64,000 bases of DNA from Candidatus Falkowbacteria bacterium RIFOXYA2_FULL_38_12 (GCA_001778095.1 MFGA01000023.1:46811-110810); one strand, 5' to 3'. Positions 26,980-36,900 are shown, numbered from the stretch's first letter. A program made the numbers and translations. Notes: generated by a model from the sequence alone, not told the origin.

Positions 26980-26998
26980 GTTTCTTTTTTTAAAAAAA

Positions 26999-27439
26999 TT
27001 ACTGTGTGGAACTGATAGCCGCCCCTAATTCAGCTGACCCGGCCGTAAGAGTTACCCGACCAGTGTCTCCATCTCTAATGATAGTATATCCCGTATCATA
27101 ATCAGCGCAACTGGTATATGAACCTGCTGAAGGATCAAATGGTAATGATGACATGTAGTTGGGAACTAAACAAGCGCAGATGTCGTAACCGGCTACCGAG
27201 ACAGCAGTTGCGACAATAGGAATAACTCCTTCGGCGCAAGTAAATGTTCCTTGATTTTCCGCTGTATTCTGCTGAATGGCGTTCAAGATGGCCGGAAGAT
27301 GGGACCAACGTTGAGAATTACGCGCTGAAGCAAATTGTCTTGCCGGATTTAAGGCAATGATCACCGCTCCGGCGATAACCGCGATAAGAGCTATTACGAT
27401 AAGTAGCTCTATCAAGGTAAAACCTTTGTTTTTCATCAT
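26999..27439 (-). CDS. type IV pilin (major pilin candidate)
   Basis: Class III signal MMKNKG|FTLIELLIVIALIAVIAG with Glu+5; 146 aa with 4 Cys; strong terminator downstream. Confidence 0.8.
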   Translation of the reverse strand: MMKNKGFTLIELLIVIALIAVIAGAVIIALNPARQFASARNSQRWSHLPAILNAIQQNTAENQGTFTCAEGVIPIVATAVSVAGYDICACLVPNYMSSLPFDPSAGSYTSCADYDTGYTIIRDGDTGRVTLTAGSAELGAAISSTQ

Positions 27440-27576
27440 AGTTAATTAGGCGCCATCAAAATTTTCTGATTGCTACTTTTAAAAGTGGCAGAAAGAAAAA
27501 AGATGGACATTATTTATAATTAATATATTATACCTCATTACAAGGAAAAATAATATTATATCTGTGGAAAACTTTT

Positions 27577-27972
27577 TTAAAAATCTTCCACTTCTTCCCA
27601 CGAATCAACAACGACCGGTAAACGTGACGATAAGACCGCCTGCATTTTCGCGGATTGATTGCCTCGAGAAGCCTCCGCTTTTATTGTCCATGGCGGGCCC
27701 GGATTAATAGCTAAAATATTACAGAGAAGCGTTCCGTTATTTATTGTCTCACTTCCTTGATAATTAATATTTCTTCCTAGTCTATCAATGGCAAGTTCAA
27801 TGCAAGCGTTTGCCGCGCTTAAAGAAATTTTTTTATTTTTGGCCGCTTCAATAATTTGTATTTCGCGCATAAAGGAAGAAGTCCCGGTTAAAGCCATACT
27901 AAGCATCACTACCGATAAAATCAAAACTGATATAATCATGGCCGCTCCATTTTGATTTAGCTTCTTGATCAT
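27577..27972 (-). CDS. pilus-associated protein with non-canonical prepilin-like N-terminus (PilX/TadE-like)
   Basis: KLNQNGAAMIISVLILSVVM N-terminal TM lacks Glu+5. Assigned by pilus-operon context. Confidence 0.4.
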   Translation of the reverse strand: MIKKLNQNGAAMIISVLILSVVMLSMALTGTSSFMREIQIIEAAKNKKISLSAANACIELAIDRLGRNINYQGSETINNGTLLCNILAINPGPPWTIKAEASRGNQSAKMQAVLSSRLPVVVDSWEEVEDF

Positions 27973-27976
27973 AATT

Positions 27977-28136
27977 TAGACCCGCTGAATAATAATCTTT
28001 CGTTACGAAACGCAGTAATTTTAGGCGAAAATTGTGAAAAGCGAGGAGGGATATTGGTAATACCTCGACGAGATTTGAACAATTTACAGCCAAAATTACA
28101 AGTTGCAGTAGAAAGGATTATTGTTCAGTGGGTCTA
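27977..28136. repeat. long-hairpin intercistronic element, copy B
   Basis: Terminal inverted repeats TAGACCCGCTGAATAATAAT / ATTATTGTTCAGTGGGTCTA (with G-U-compatible differences). Inner arms match copy A in reverse orientation (…AATCTTTCGTTACGAAACGCAGTAATTTTAGGCGAAAAT…). It fills the gap between the stop at 28138 and the start codon at 27972. Confidence 0.6.
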
Positions 28137-28137
28137 G

Positions 28138-28644
28138 TTAACGACGAATGACCGCCGTATCACTTAAGGAATAATTTGATTGCGCTCTACCAATCGCTCC
28201 GCGTAATTCACCGACCATTTCTATTTTCACGGAAGATGGATCGCTATCAAGTCCGACAAAAGACAGGCCGGTTATTTCCACCTCATCTGAAGTTATTTCG
28301 ATTGTCTCGGCATTTCCTTCCTTTATCATAATTACGCCATTCACCAAAGAAAAAATCGTGGGATTTCTTGTCGGATCAGTCATCGTGATTGTTAACTCAT
28401 CATCCTCCACACCGATAATCGGCGAAGAAATACCTGAAGCTGAAAAAACTTTTCTTTTTATGCTATCTATGGCAAATCTCATATTTTCTTCCAGAATCAG
28501 GGATGATCTGGTCTTAACCCTGCTATTTAAAACGGCGCTTGTTAGAAGAACAATACTACCGACAATAAGACCGATTAGAGCGATATATATTAACGTTTCA
28601 ATAAGGGTCGACCCTGTGGATTTTAATTCTTTTTTTGACGGCAT
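28138..28644 (-). CDS. minor pilin / pseudopilin (prepilin-type N-terminal domain)
   Basis: STG|STLIETLIYIALIGLIVG with Glu+5. Confidence 0.65.
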   Translation of the reverse strand: MPSKKELKSTGSTLIETLIYIALIGLIVGSIVLLTSAVLNSRVKTRSSLILEENMRFAIDSIKRKVFSASGISSPIIGVEDDELTITMTDPTRNPTIFSLVNGVIMIKEGNAETIEITSDEVEITGLSFVGLDSDPSSVKIEMVGELRGAIGRAQSNYSLSDTAVIRR

Positions 28645-28649
28645 AAATT

Positions 28650-30071
28650 TTATTGCGAAGTGATTATCCTAAGAGCGTCGTTAGATCGAACTGAAACATA
28701 GACTGTGTTATCTTCAAAGGCGATATCTGTCGCAATTTGAGAAAAATTCAGATTACTATAGGCAATTATATTTGACGGATCGGAAACATTAAAAATTTGA
28801 AATTCTCCGTTGGAATACGATGTGGCAAAAAACCCCAAACTATCAGCTGCAAAAACGCTATTAACACTTGAGCCAAAATTTGATGATCCAAGGAGAGTAG
28901 GATTATCCGCGCTTGAAACGTCGATAATAGCGATCTCGTGATGTTCGTCATGATCTCCGCCGACAGTGCGAACTAAATATGCTTTATTATCTTGGCTATT
29001 AATATATATCCCCTTTCCGTCTTCGGTTGCTCCCAAAATATCCAGCGATGCTGATATTACGGGATTAACCGGATCACTGACGTTAACGACGATAAATTCT
29101 CCTGAATCCTTAGCTGTTGATAAAAATACTCTTTCGCCAAAAACGGCAATGTCGTTGACATTAGCATCAATTTCAAGTGAGCCAACGACGCTGGGATTAG
29201 CCGGATTTGAAACATTAACAATATAAAACTCTTGGCTACTTGATTTTTCTGAACCGACATAAGCATATTGTCCAAATATAGCCACACTTAACCCGTCTTC
29301 AGTATTCCCAGGAAAACCAACCGACGAAACAAGAAGAGGATTATTTGTATTGGAAATATCAATTATCTGCAATTGATTGCCGTTAATGTTGGCAACATAA
29401 GCGTAATTTCCGCTAATAGCTACTGAATTTAAACCATCACCAGTCTTTAGGGAACTGACCAAAAGAGGATTATTGCCATTAGTTGCGTTAACAATAAAAA
29501 AATCCGCTTTTTTTGAATCATTTGCTGTCGCGGTCAGATAGATGAATTTATCCCTAACCGCAATAGAAGTCGCGGATTCTCCTGCTCCAAGATCAACACT
29601 CCCGAGTGTTTGCGGATTGCTCCAATCTCCCGAAAGCAACGGCTCAAAAAGATTTCGCCAATTAGACAAAACGCTGGTTAAAGTAATTGTCTGATTTCTT
29701 AAATAACTGGGAGTCCAGGTTACTGTTGAGGTAATCATTCTCTCATTTACTCCTAATTCGGAAACTGAAATAGAGCGAGTATAGCCATCTTCATTTACGT
29801 CAGATTCCCCTTCAAATGTCCATTTATTTTCGGATATTTTTAAGCCATGATTTCCCAAAGCAAGCAGATCCCAATCACGATCGCGAATGGTTCTTGCGCC
29901 CTCCAAGCCCTCTTCCGCTAAAGATATCGCTTGGGTTCCATCACGAACTATTTCCAAACTTTTAAATTGACTACCAAGCAAAACAAAAACTGTTCCTGCG
30001 GCGACAGCAAAGAGACCAAGCGCGAGAATAACTTCCAAAAGGGATTGTCCTTTGTTATTTATTTTCTTCAT
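28650..30071 (-). CDS. pilin-like protein fused to LVIVD-repeat beta-propeller (candidate pilus tip adhesin)
   Basis: KG|QSLLEVILALGLFAVA prepilin-type N-terminus, then ≥6 repeats of the form YAYV..(x)..I(I/V)(D/N)(I/V)S(N/D)P.NP.L(V/I)(G/S)S, which are LVIVD-type propeller blades. Confidence 0.6.
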   Translation of the reverse strand: MKKINNKGQSLLEVILALGLFAVAAGTVFVLLGSQFKSLEIVRDGTQAISLAEEGLEGARTIRDRDWDLLALGNHGLKISENKWTFEGESDVNEDGYTRSISVSELGVNERMITSTVTWTPSYLRNQTITLTSVLSNWRNLFEPLLSGDWSNPQTLGSVDLGAGESATSIAVRDKFIYLTATANDSKKADFFIVNATNGNNPLLVSSLKTGDGLNSVAISGNYAYVANINGNQLQIIDISNTNNPLLVSSVGFPGNTEDGLSVAIFGQYAYVGSEKSSSQEFYIVNVSNPANPSVVGSLEIDANVNDIAVFGERVFLSTAKDSGEFIVVNVSDPVNPVISASLDILGATEDGKGIYINSQDNKAYLVRTVGGDHDEHHEIAIIDVSSADNPTLLGSSNFGSSVNSVFAADSLGFFATSYSNGEFQIFNVSDPSNIIAYSNLNFSQIATDIAFEDNTVYVSVRSNDALRIITSQ

Positions 30072-30076
30072 AAAAA

Positions 30077-30565
30077 TTATTCGTTTGAAATCAAGCCTTG
30101 GCTATTAACACTAATCATCTTTGTTTTATTGTTTAAAGTAAAAGTAATTTCTACCGGGTTTTCCGGAATCCCATCAAGACGATGAAAAATAATTTCACTT
30201 GGCACTTCCTCTTGTCCGGAAGAAATTAAAAGCGCGCTACTGAAGTTGGTAATAAGATCAAATGCCTGGATACGATCATTAAAATTTTCCCCTTGAAAAC
30301 GAACAATATAATTTGGGAAAATCGCTACACCCCAAACAGAATCCGATGTCCCGGAAATTGAATCAGCTTGAGCCGCTTTTAATTCATTCTTGGTTAGCTC
30401 TACGGCTCTTTCAAGTTCTTGCGTAACAACAAATTGATTGCCAAAAAGAGCCAATGATCCTACGGCCATGGCTCCGATTGCCAAAACAATCAAAAGTTCT
30501 ATCAGGGTAAACCCCCGATTTTTTTTAATACTCCCCAAAAAGGGCTCCTTCATAAATATAATCAA
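30077..30565 (-). CDS. minor pilin (GspH/FimT-like prepilin)
   Basis: NRG|FTLIELLIVLAIGA with Glu+5. Confidence 0.7.
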   Translation of the reverse strand: MIIFMKEPFLGSIKKNRGFTLIELLIVLAIGAMAVGSLALFGNQFVVTQELERAVELTKNELKAAQADSISGTSDSVWGVAIFPNYIVRFQGENFNDRIQAFDLITNFSSALLISSGQEEVPSEIIFHRLDGIPENPVEITFTLNNKTKMISVNSQGLISNE

Positions 30566-31698
30566 CCCGAAAAACTTTGAGTTAACTGGTATATCGGCGT
30601 AATCACGGAAAGAGCCACGAAGCCAACCATTATTCCGACAAGCATCAAAACAAACGGCTCAATCATGGTAGACAAATTTCTTGTCATGGTATCTATTTCT
30701 CTGTCTGAAAAATCAGCCAAAGCGGTCAGACTTTCCGAGAGACGACCGGTGCGTTCTCCTATCACAACCATGTTTGCCGAAGTTTTGGTAAATAATAATT
30801 TTAGCTTGCATAATTGTCCACCGACCGCCTCTCCTCGCTCAATCAAATCCGCTATTCTATTAATTTCTCTTTTATAAACAAGATTGGTCAACGAGTCGGC
30901 AGTGATTTTTAAAGCAGGAACTATTTTAATCCCGCTCAAAAGAAGAATTCCAAAAACGCGCGAAAATTGCATAACTTGTATTTCTCTAAAAAGCCTCCCC
31001 AAAATCGGCAATCTGATAAAAAAACCGTGAACAATTATTTTTATTTTTTCTATTCTAAAAAGAAAAACAAAAACCACAGAGATGACTATCAAAAAAGCTA
31101 AAATAAACGGCCAATAAGTCGAAAAACCGTTTGCTCCGGCCAAGAGCATTCTAGTGGTAAAGGGCAATTTCAAATCCATTGAAGAAAAGAGGGGTAACAA
31201 CTGCGGTAACATAAAAAAACCTAAATATATCCCGACCCCCAGCGCCCCGCAAAAAACTATCGCGGGATAAAGAAGAGCATTTCTGACTTTACCTTGGAGG
31301 TCTTGGGTTTTTTCAAGCTGGGCCGCCAAATATTTCAATGTTGACTGAAGCGTTCCGGAGGTCTCCCCCACCTTCACTAAATTAACGAAAAACGGATCAA
31401 ATATTTTTTGAAATTTATTTAAGCTAAAAGCCAAAACTTGTCCGCCCGATAAATCTTTAACGGCAATTCCTAAAATATATTTTAATGATTTTGAATCTGT
31501 CTGTTCGTGAAGTGTCTCCAAGGCTTCTCTTAGTGGTATCCCGGCTTCAAGCATAACTGATAGATGTTTAGCTAATAAAATTTTATCTCTAATTTTAACA
31601 CTCAAAAAATAAACCTTCTTTTCTTTGACGGTTTTAATTTTTGCGATTTTTTTGACTTCTTCTTTTTTTTCAGTCACTGATGATTTTTTTGAATCCAT
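30562..31698 (-). CDS. pilC: type IV pilus assembly platform protein PilC (GspF family)
   Basis: Two T2SS-F domains, three TM segments and a typical ~380-aa length. It overlaps the next gene by 4 nt. Confidence 0.8.
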   Translation of the reverse strand: MDSKKSSVTEKKEEVKKIAKIKTVKEKKVYFLSVKIRDKILLAKHLSVMLEAGIPLREALETLHEQTDSKSLKYILGIAVKDLSGGQVLAFSLNKFQKIFDPFFVNLVKVGETSGTLQSTLKYLAAQLEKTQDLQGKVRNALLYPAIVFCGALGVGIYLGFFMLPQLLPLFSSMDLKLPFTTRMLLAGANGFSTYWPFILAFLIVISVVFVFLFRIEKIKIIVHGFFIRLPILGRLFREIQVMQFSRVFGILLLSGIKIVPALKITADSLTNLVYKREINRIADLIERGEAVGGQLCKLKLLFTKTSANMVVIGERTGRLSESLTALADFSDREIDTMTRNLSTMIEPFVLMLVGIMVGFVALSVITPIYQLTQSFSG

Positions 31699-31702
31699 AT
31701 TA

Positions 31703-33007
31703 TTAATCGCGGATTACTCTCAATATCTCTGCGATGGAAGTAACTCCGGCAACTGCCTTATTAAAACCGTCTTCAAGCATGGTGGTCATCCCCCCTTGTT
31801 TTGCGGCAACCCTGATTTCATCGGCATTAGCTCGGCGCATAATAAGCCTTCTGATCGGTTCTGTCACTTCAAGTACTTCAAAAATACCGCTTCTTTTTGT
31901 ATATCCGGTATTGTTGCAAGCACTACAACCGTTTTCTTTCCAAAAACTTTTATACTTTTTTAATAATTCATTGGGAATAACGGCGGAAAGAGAAGCTGTC
32001 TCTTCACGCGTAAGAGTATACTGACTCCGGCATTTTTCACAAAGACGACGAACGAGTCTCTGGCCAATCGCTATATTTACCGTTGAGGCGATTAAAAAAG
32101 GCTCCGCGCCCATATCAAGCAACCTGGGCAAAGTTGTTGCCGCATCGTTTGTGTGGATAGTGGAAAGTAATAAATGTCCGGTCATAGCGGCATTAATAGC
32201 GATGCCCGAAGTCTCTTCGTCACGAATTTCTCCCACCATGATTATATTTGGGTCTTGACGAACGATCGAACGCAGACCGGCGGCAAAAGTAAGATTCGTT
32301 TGGGTGTTGACTTGGATTTGAGTGACACCGGCGACAGAATATTCAATCGGATCTTCTATTGTGACAATGGAAACATTTCTTGAATTTAAAATTTTTAGAA
32401 TAGAATAAAGCGTTGACGTTTTTCCCGATCCGGTCGGCCCTGTCGCCAAAATCATTCCGTATGGTTTTTTAATATATCTCTGCAAAATATCCAAATCGCG
32501 AGCGGAAAAACCAAGCTCAATCAAATCCAAAGCGCGCGCTTCGCCGACAAGAAGCCTCATGACCACATTTTCTTCGTGATAAGTTGGAATAATGGAAACG
32601 CGAAGATCAATTTCATTTGTCCCTTCAATTACCTTAAACCTGCCGTCTTGCGCCATAAAATGTTCGTCAGTGCGAAGACCGGCTAAAACTTTTATGCGAG
32701 AAATAATAAGAGGATGAAGTTCTTTTTTTAAGGAAAGAACATCATGAAGAACGCCATCTATGCGATAGCGAATTAAAACCGAACTTGGTTGAGGATCAAT
32801 GTGAATATCCGAAGCGGATGATTCCCACGCTTTTTTAACAATCAAAGCAACTAAATCCGTGATTGAATGAGGTCCTTCCAATTCTTTCAAGTCGCGCACT
32901 AATTGAGTTTTTTTAGTTTGCTCTATGCTCGCCTCAATAAGTTCGTCAAAACTTTTCTTATCCTCTTTTTTAACCAAAATTTCTTTTGTGTTTTTCTTTT
33001 CCCCCAT
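31703..33007 (-). CDS. pilB: type IV pilus assembly ATPase PilB (GspE family)
   Basis: Walker A GPTGSGKTST, Asp box, His box, and a C-terminal tetracysteine CEKC...CSAC. Confidence 0.8.
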   Translation of the reverse strand: MGEKKNTKEILVKKEDKKSFDELIEASIEQTKKTQLVRDLKELEGPHSITDLVALIVKKAWESSASDIHIDPQPSSVLIRYRIDGVLHDVLSLKKELHPLIISRIKVLAGLRTDEHFMAQDGRFKVIEGTNEIDLRVSIIPTYHEENVVMRLLVGEARALDLIELGFSARDLDILQRYIKKPYGMILATGPTGSGKTSTLYSILKILNSRNVSIVTIEDPIEYSVAGVTQIQVNTQTNLTFAAGLRSIVRQDPNIIMVGEIRDEETSGIAINAAMTGHLLLSTIHTNDAATTLPRLLDMGAEPFLIASTVNIAIGQRLVRRLCEKCRSQYTLTREETASLSAVIPNELLKKYKSFWKENGCSACNNTGYTKRSGIFEVLEVTEPIRRLIMRRANADEIRVAAKQGGMTTMLEDGFNKAVAGVTSIAEILRVIRD

Positions 33008-33058
33008 AGTATTTATAATTCATTTATTATAGCATAAAAAAACATTTTAAAAAAGAAA

Positions 33059-33081
33059 AAGAGCTCTTCCGGCTCTTTTTT
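33059..33081. terminator. rho-independent terminator (bidirectional)
   Basis: AAGAGC-TCTTCCG-GCTCTT followed by TTTTT, and preceded by AAAAAGAAAAA. Confidence 0.5.
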
Positions 33082-33103
33082 ATCTCCAATGTTGTAATAT
33101 ATT

Positions 33104-34234
33104 TTATATGCTCCCCGCGGCTTCTCTCATAACCGCGACAACCTGTTCGTTTATTGTTTTTGGATCAAGTGTTTTTCTTAGATTGTTTAACTGTTTAGGT
33201 AATATTTCTTGGCCGCAAAGTTGTTTTGCTCTTATCGCTACTTCTTTCAAATTATCAAAAGACATAACCATATTATCAAGCCCGGCCATATGCAAAATAT
33301 CTGCGCAACCCATCTTGTCGCTGACTAAAACGGGGATACCGAGACAAACCGCTTCCATCGGAACATTCCCAAAAGTCTCAAAAAGAGACGGCGCAATAAT
33401 CAAACCCTGCGATTTATAAAATTGATAAAGACCTTCCTGGCGCATCGGCGCTAATAAATTTATTGTCTTGGGAATATTTTTTATTTTTTCGCGTTTAGTC
33501 ACAAAAGTGGCCACGTGATCCCAATTTTGTTTTTTCAAAATTTTATGCACATCAAAAAAAGCCTTGAAATTTTTAATAGCATCCCATCTCCCAACAGCGG
33601 CGATTCTTCTTTCGACTGATCTGTCTATATCTATTTTGGGAGTATTTACCGGATTGGGAATAACATAAGCTCTTTCTATCGGTCTTCTGTAAACTTTTTT
33701 TTCAACGACGTCTCGACAAAGCTGGGACGGGAAGATAAAAGAAAAAACTCTTTTCCTGAAAGATTTTTCCATCGCTAAAAAAATGCTTCTCTCTCTTGGC
33801 TTAAATTTAAAAGTTTCCAAAGACAATACTCCGGCGTACCGCAAAACTATCGGTATTCCCAATTCGTGAGCGGCAATAGATATTATCCATGGCAGATAAT
33901 AAGTTCCGTTTAAAAATAAAACGTCGGGCATTTCTCTTCTTAAAATTTTTTTGACCATACTGATTATCGGCCGATAGTACTTTTCTACGTCTTTCAAACT
34001 CTTTGCCCTCTCCAACGCCTTATTCAAGGGAAGATCATGAATATTAAAAATATGTTGCTCAAACCAATCGGGAGAAAGATGCCAAAAAGAAGTCGCTCCT
34101 CTCATGTGGCGACGAGCGTTTAATTCAATCCCAATAACTCCCTTACCTGTTCCATTTAGAAAAGTCAATAAATTAACATTGGAAGTGCCTATCCCGCCAA
34201 GATAATCTCTAGTAACATTCATTGCGATTCGCAT
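33104..34234 (-). CDS. glycosyltransferase family 4 (GT-B, retaining)
   Basis: ETFGNVPMEA (EX7E motif) in the C-terminal half. Confidence 0.65.
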   Translation of the reverse strand: MRIAMNVTRDYLGGIGTSNVNLLTFLNGTGKGVIGIELNARRHMRGATSFWHLSPDWFEQHIFNIHDLPLNKALERAKSLKDVEKYYRPIISMVKKILRREMPDVLFLNGTYYLPWIISIAAHELGIPIVLRYAGVLSLETFKFKPRERSIFLAMEKSFRKRVFSFIFPSQLCRDVVEKKVYRRPIERAYVIPNPVNTPKIDIDRSVERRIAAVGRWDAIKNFKAFFDVHKILKKQNWDHVATFVTKREKIKNIPKTINLLAPMRQEGLYQFYKSQGLIIAPSLFETFGNVPMEAVCLGIPVLVSDKMGCADILHMAGLDNMVMSFDNLKEVAIRAKQLCGQEILPKQLNNLRKTLDPKTINEQVVAVMREAAGSI

Positions 34235-34287
34235 AAATAAATTTTAATTTACCGGAACCTTCAAGGCGCCGTTTAATCTAAAACATT

Positions 34288-34725
34288 TTAATTTCCCAAA
34301 AGGCTTGCTGGTGTCACCCATTTTCCCGCTCCCAAAGCATTGCAAGATTTCGCCTGATAGCCAGCCTCTTCGGGTGTAATCGGCGCATACGACCAAATAA
34401 TACTTTCAGTGATTGTCCCTCCGGTCGCTTGACATCCACCTAAATCGGAATAAGGACAAGCGTCAAGAGAAAATTTTCCTTCCACGCAAGATAATTTCAT
34501 TCTTTCTTCGGTAAACACTTCTCCAATAAAATCAACGCAAGTGCCTTTACTATCAATAACATTACAGCTACCCCGCACTTTTGGCTTAGTGGTTGTTTCA
34601 ATTATCGGCTTAATATCTTCTTCGTAATCCACTCTCTGATCTTCAGGCATGTCGTCACTGCAACCGGCGCCCATAGTTAGTAAAACTGAAAGAACAGTAA
34701 ACAGCAAAATTTTTATTTTAGGCAT
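34288..34725 (-). CDS. Cys-rich secreted lipoprotein-like protein (145 aa)
   Basis: Signal peptide ending LTMGAGC; 8 further cysteines. Confidence 0.45.
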   Translation of the reverse strand: MPKIKILLFTVLSVLLTMGAGCSDDMPEDQRVDYEEDIKPIIETTTKPKVRGSCNVIDSKGTCVDFIGEVFTEERMKLSCVEGKFSLDACPYSDLGGCQATGGTITESIIWSYAPITPEEAGYQAKSCNALGAGKWVTPASLLGN

Positions 34726-34838
34726 ACTTTTTTAATAATTTATTATAAATATAAACTATATTCAGTATACCAAAAAAGATACTTTTAAGCATCTTTTTAT
34801 TGTTAGGCATTACTAATATTATTATACAGCGATTTATT

Positions 34839-36074
34839 TTATTGATGACGACCAAAATTTCTATTCCTGTTTCGCCCATTAAAAGGCCTGTTGTTTTGAC
34901 CTCTACTGTTTCCCCTATCAACACCAACGTAAACCGCGCGACGAGGTGGCAGGATAGGCAAAGCCAAAACCGGAATTGTTTTTTTAATCAAGCGTTCAAT
35001 ATCTCTAACATCTCGACGTTCTTCCGGAGTAGCAAACGAGACCGCCTTGCCGAATTTATCAGCTCGGCCGGTTCGTCCGATTCTATGGATATATCCTTCG
35101 GCGTTGTCGGGTAAATCATAATTTACGACAAGCGAAATATCTTTAACGTCAATACCGCGAGAAGCGATATCGGTCGCTACAAGGACGCGAAATCTTCCGG
35201 ACTTAAATCCTTCAAGAGCCGCTTTTCTTTGAGCGAGAGATTTATTGGAATGAATTTCGATAGCCGCGTGTCCCATGGCGCGTACATTGGTCGTGATTTT
35301 TTTTGCTCCGAACTTTGTGCGGGAAAAAACCAAAACTGTTCCGGACGTATCGGATAAAATTTTATCCAAAAGTTGAATTTTTGCTTCTTTGGAAATAATA
35401 AATAATTCTTGTTCCACGTTTTTCGCGGCGGTGCCCGAAGGCGCAACTTCAATGCGTAAGGGCATTTTCATATAGCGCGCGGCAATTTCCGCGATCGCGC
35501 TAGGCATAGTCGCCGAAAACATCAAAGTTTGGCGTTCGCGTGGAAGAATCCCAAAAATTTGTTTTATAGCCGGCATAAAACCAATATCAAGCATCCTATC
35601 AGCTTCGTCCAAAACAACCATATTCACTTTTTTCAAGGAAAGCTTTTTTTGGCGAGCAAGATCAATCAATCTTCCCGGAGTGGAAACTAAAATATGAGGC
35701 TCGCGACGGATATCCATAATCTGTCCGTGAGAGGAAGCGCCACCGATCAAAACCGCGGTACGCAAACCAAAACTTCTGCCAATATTTTGAAGTACTTCAT
35801 TTACCTGCAAAGCTAATTCGCGAGTAGGCAAAAGGATTAATCCTTGGCCATTATTTTGGCTAAGCAATTGAAGCATAGGTACGCCAAAAGCCAAAGTTTT
35901 TCCCGTGCCGGTTTGAGCGATACCCACAATATCTTTTCCATCCAAAGCGGCGGGGATACACTGATGCTGAATCGGCGTTGGAGAATTGAACTGCAGACGG
36001 TTTAAAATCCCGAGTAATTCGGGAGCAATACCTAGCGCGTTAAAGCTAGGCACAACATTATTTGTTTGTGTCAT
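34839..36074 (-). CDS. DEAD-box ATP-dependent RNA helicase with RG-rich tail
   Basis: Q-motif, GKTLAF, DEAD, SAT and HRIGRTGRA motifs; C-terminal RGNSRGQNNRPFNGRNRNRNFGR. The start is set to MTQTNN (36072-36074). Confidence 0.85.
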   Translation of the reverse strand: MTQTNNVVPSFNALGIAPELLGILNRLQFNSPTPIQHQCIPAALDGKDIVGIAQTGTGKTLAFGVPMLQLLSQNNGQGLILLPTRELALQVNEVLQNIGRSFGLRTAVLIGGASSHGQIMDIRREPHILVSTPGRLIDLARQKKLSLKKVNMVVLDEADRMLDIGFMPAIKQIFGILPRERQTLMFSATMPSAIAEIAARYMKMPLRIEVAPSGTAAKNVEQELFIISKEAKIQLLDKILSDTSGTVLVFSRTKFGAKKITTNVRAMGHAAIEIHSNKSLAQRKAALEGFKSGRFRVLVATDIASRGIDVKDISLVVNYDLPDNAEGYIHRIGRTGRADKFGKAVSFATPEERRDVRDIERLIKKTIPVLALPILPPRRAVYVGVDRGNSRGQNNRPFNGRNRNRNFGRHQ

Positions 36075-36193
36075 AAAAAAATGTGACCCGATTTTCCGCT
36101 GGGCCACAAATTGACACAAGAGATTCGAGTCGTTGGCCTTTTAATACGGCCAATGATTAGTTAAGATATCTTATTATGACACGGAAAGATTCA

Positions 36194-36251
36194 CTTGTCA
36201 ATGGCAAATTTCCTTGACAAGAGTTAAATTACGATTTAAGTGTGCTATAAT
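36194..36251 (+). promoter_or_regulatory. operator-like palindrome plus extended -10 promoter in a divergent intergenic region
   Basis: CTTGTCAA-N12-TTGACAAG perfect 8-bp inverted repeat (36194-36221), and TGCTATAAT extended -10 (36243-36251) 24 nt upstream of the ATG at 36275. Confidence 0.4.
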
Positions 36252-36274
36252 TACTTAATCATTTACGCAAAAAT

Positions 36275-36847
36275 ATGAACCCTGAACAATATATTGACCA
36301 TAAAAATGAAGAAAAACCATTCAATTTACTGGAAATATCGTTGACTTCAGAAAAAAACTTAGAGACATTGAAGAGACAAATCTCCCCGCTCCTTGGAGAA
36401 GAAGCTACGGAACAGTGTGTTTTTGTTTTAAACTCTATGGCCGCCGATGATTACAGAAATCATTGCAAGGATGCTACTCAAGAATTCGGCCGAAAGCTAG
36501 CAGAAAATTTTGGTGGCGAAGAGTCTTTTTTCGACCTCGCCCCCCCCTGCCGATATAGCGACACGCGAAGCAACAGTTCTTTAAATAAAGTAAACTACTC
36601 CGGAAAATACCATAGTGTCGGTTTGATCGAATTTAAAGTTCCCGACAAAAAACCCTTCTCTATCATCTTTGATTTAACTTATGGCGTTGTCTCGGGAAAT
36701 AAAAATCAAGATAAAATTTTAGTTATTCAAACCCCGGAAAGTGGAGAAAAAGTGATGGAAGTGCTAAAAGAACATTATGGCGGAAAATGGAGCAGAAGTT
36801 TTTTCTTCAACAAGGAAAATGGCAATTTTGTCTTTTGCGAAGAATAA
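36275..36847 (+). CDS. hypothetical protein (190 aa)
   Basis: ORF with promoter and terminator; no motif recognised. Confidence 0.5.
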   Translation: MNPEQYIDHKNEEKPFNLLEISLTSEKNLETLKRQISPLLGEEATEQCVFVLNSMAADDYRNHCKDATQEFGRKLAENFGGEESFFDLAPPCRYSDTRSNSSLNKVNYSGKYHSVGLIEFKVPDKKPFSIIFDLTYGVVSGNKNQDKILVIQTPESGEKVMEVLKEHYGGKWSRSFFFNKENGNFVFCEE

Positions 36848-36870
36848 AATACGTAAATTATAGAAACTTA

Positions 36871-36900
36871 AAACGCTTCATTTTAGAAGCGTTTTTTATT
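36871..36900 (+). terminator. rho-independent terminator
   Basis: AAACGCTTC-ATTTTA-GAAGCGTTT followed by TTTTTTATTTT. Confidence 0.7.

Noticed and set aside
27899-28093. 64-aa minus-strand ORF
   Set aside because: Translation of long-hairpin element copy B. It overlaps the start of the PilX-like gene.
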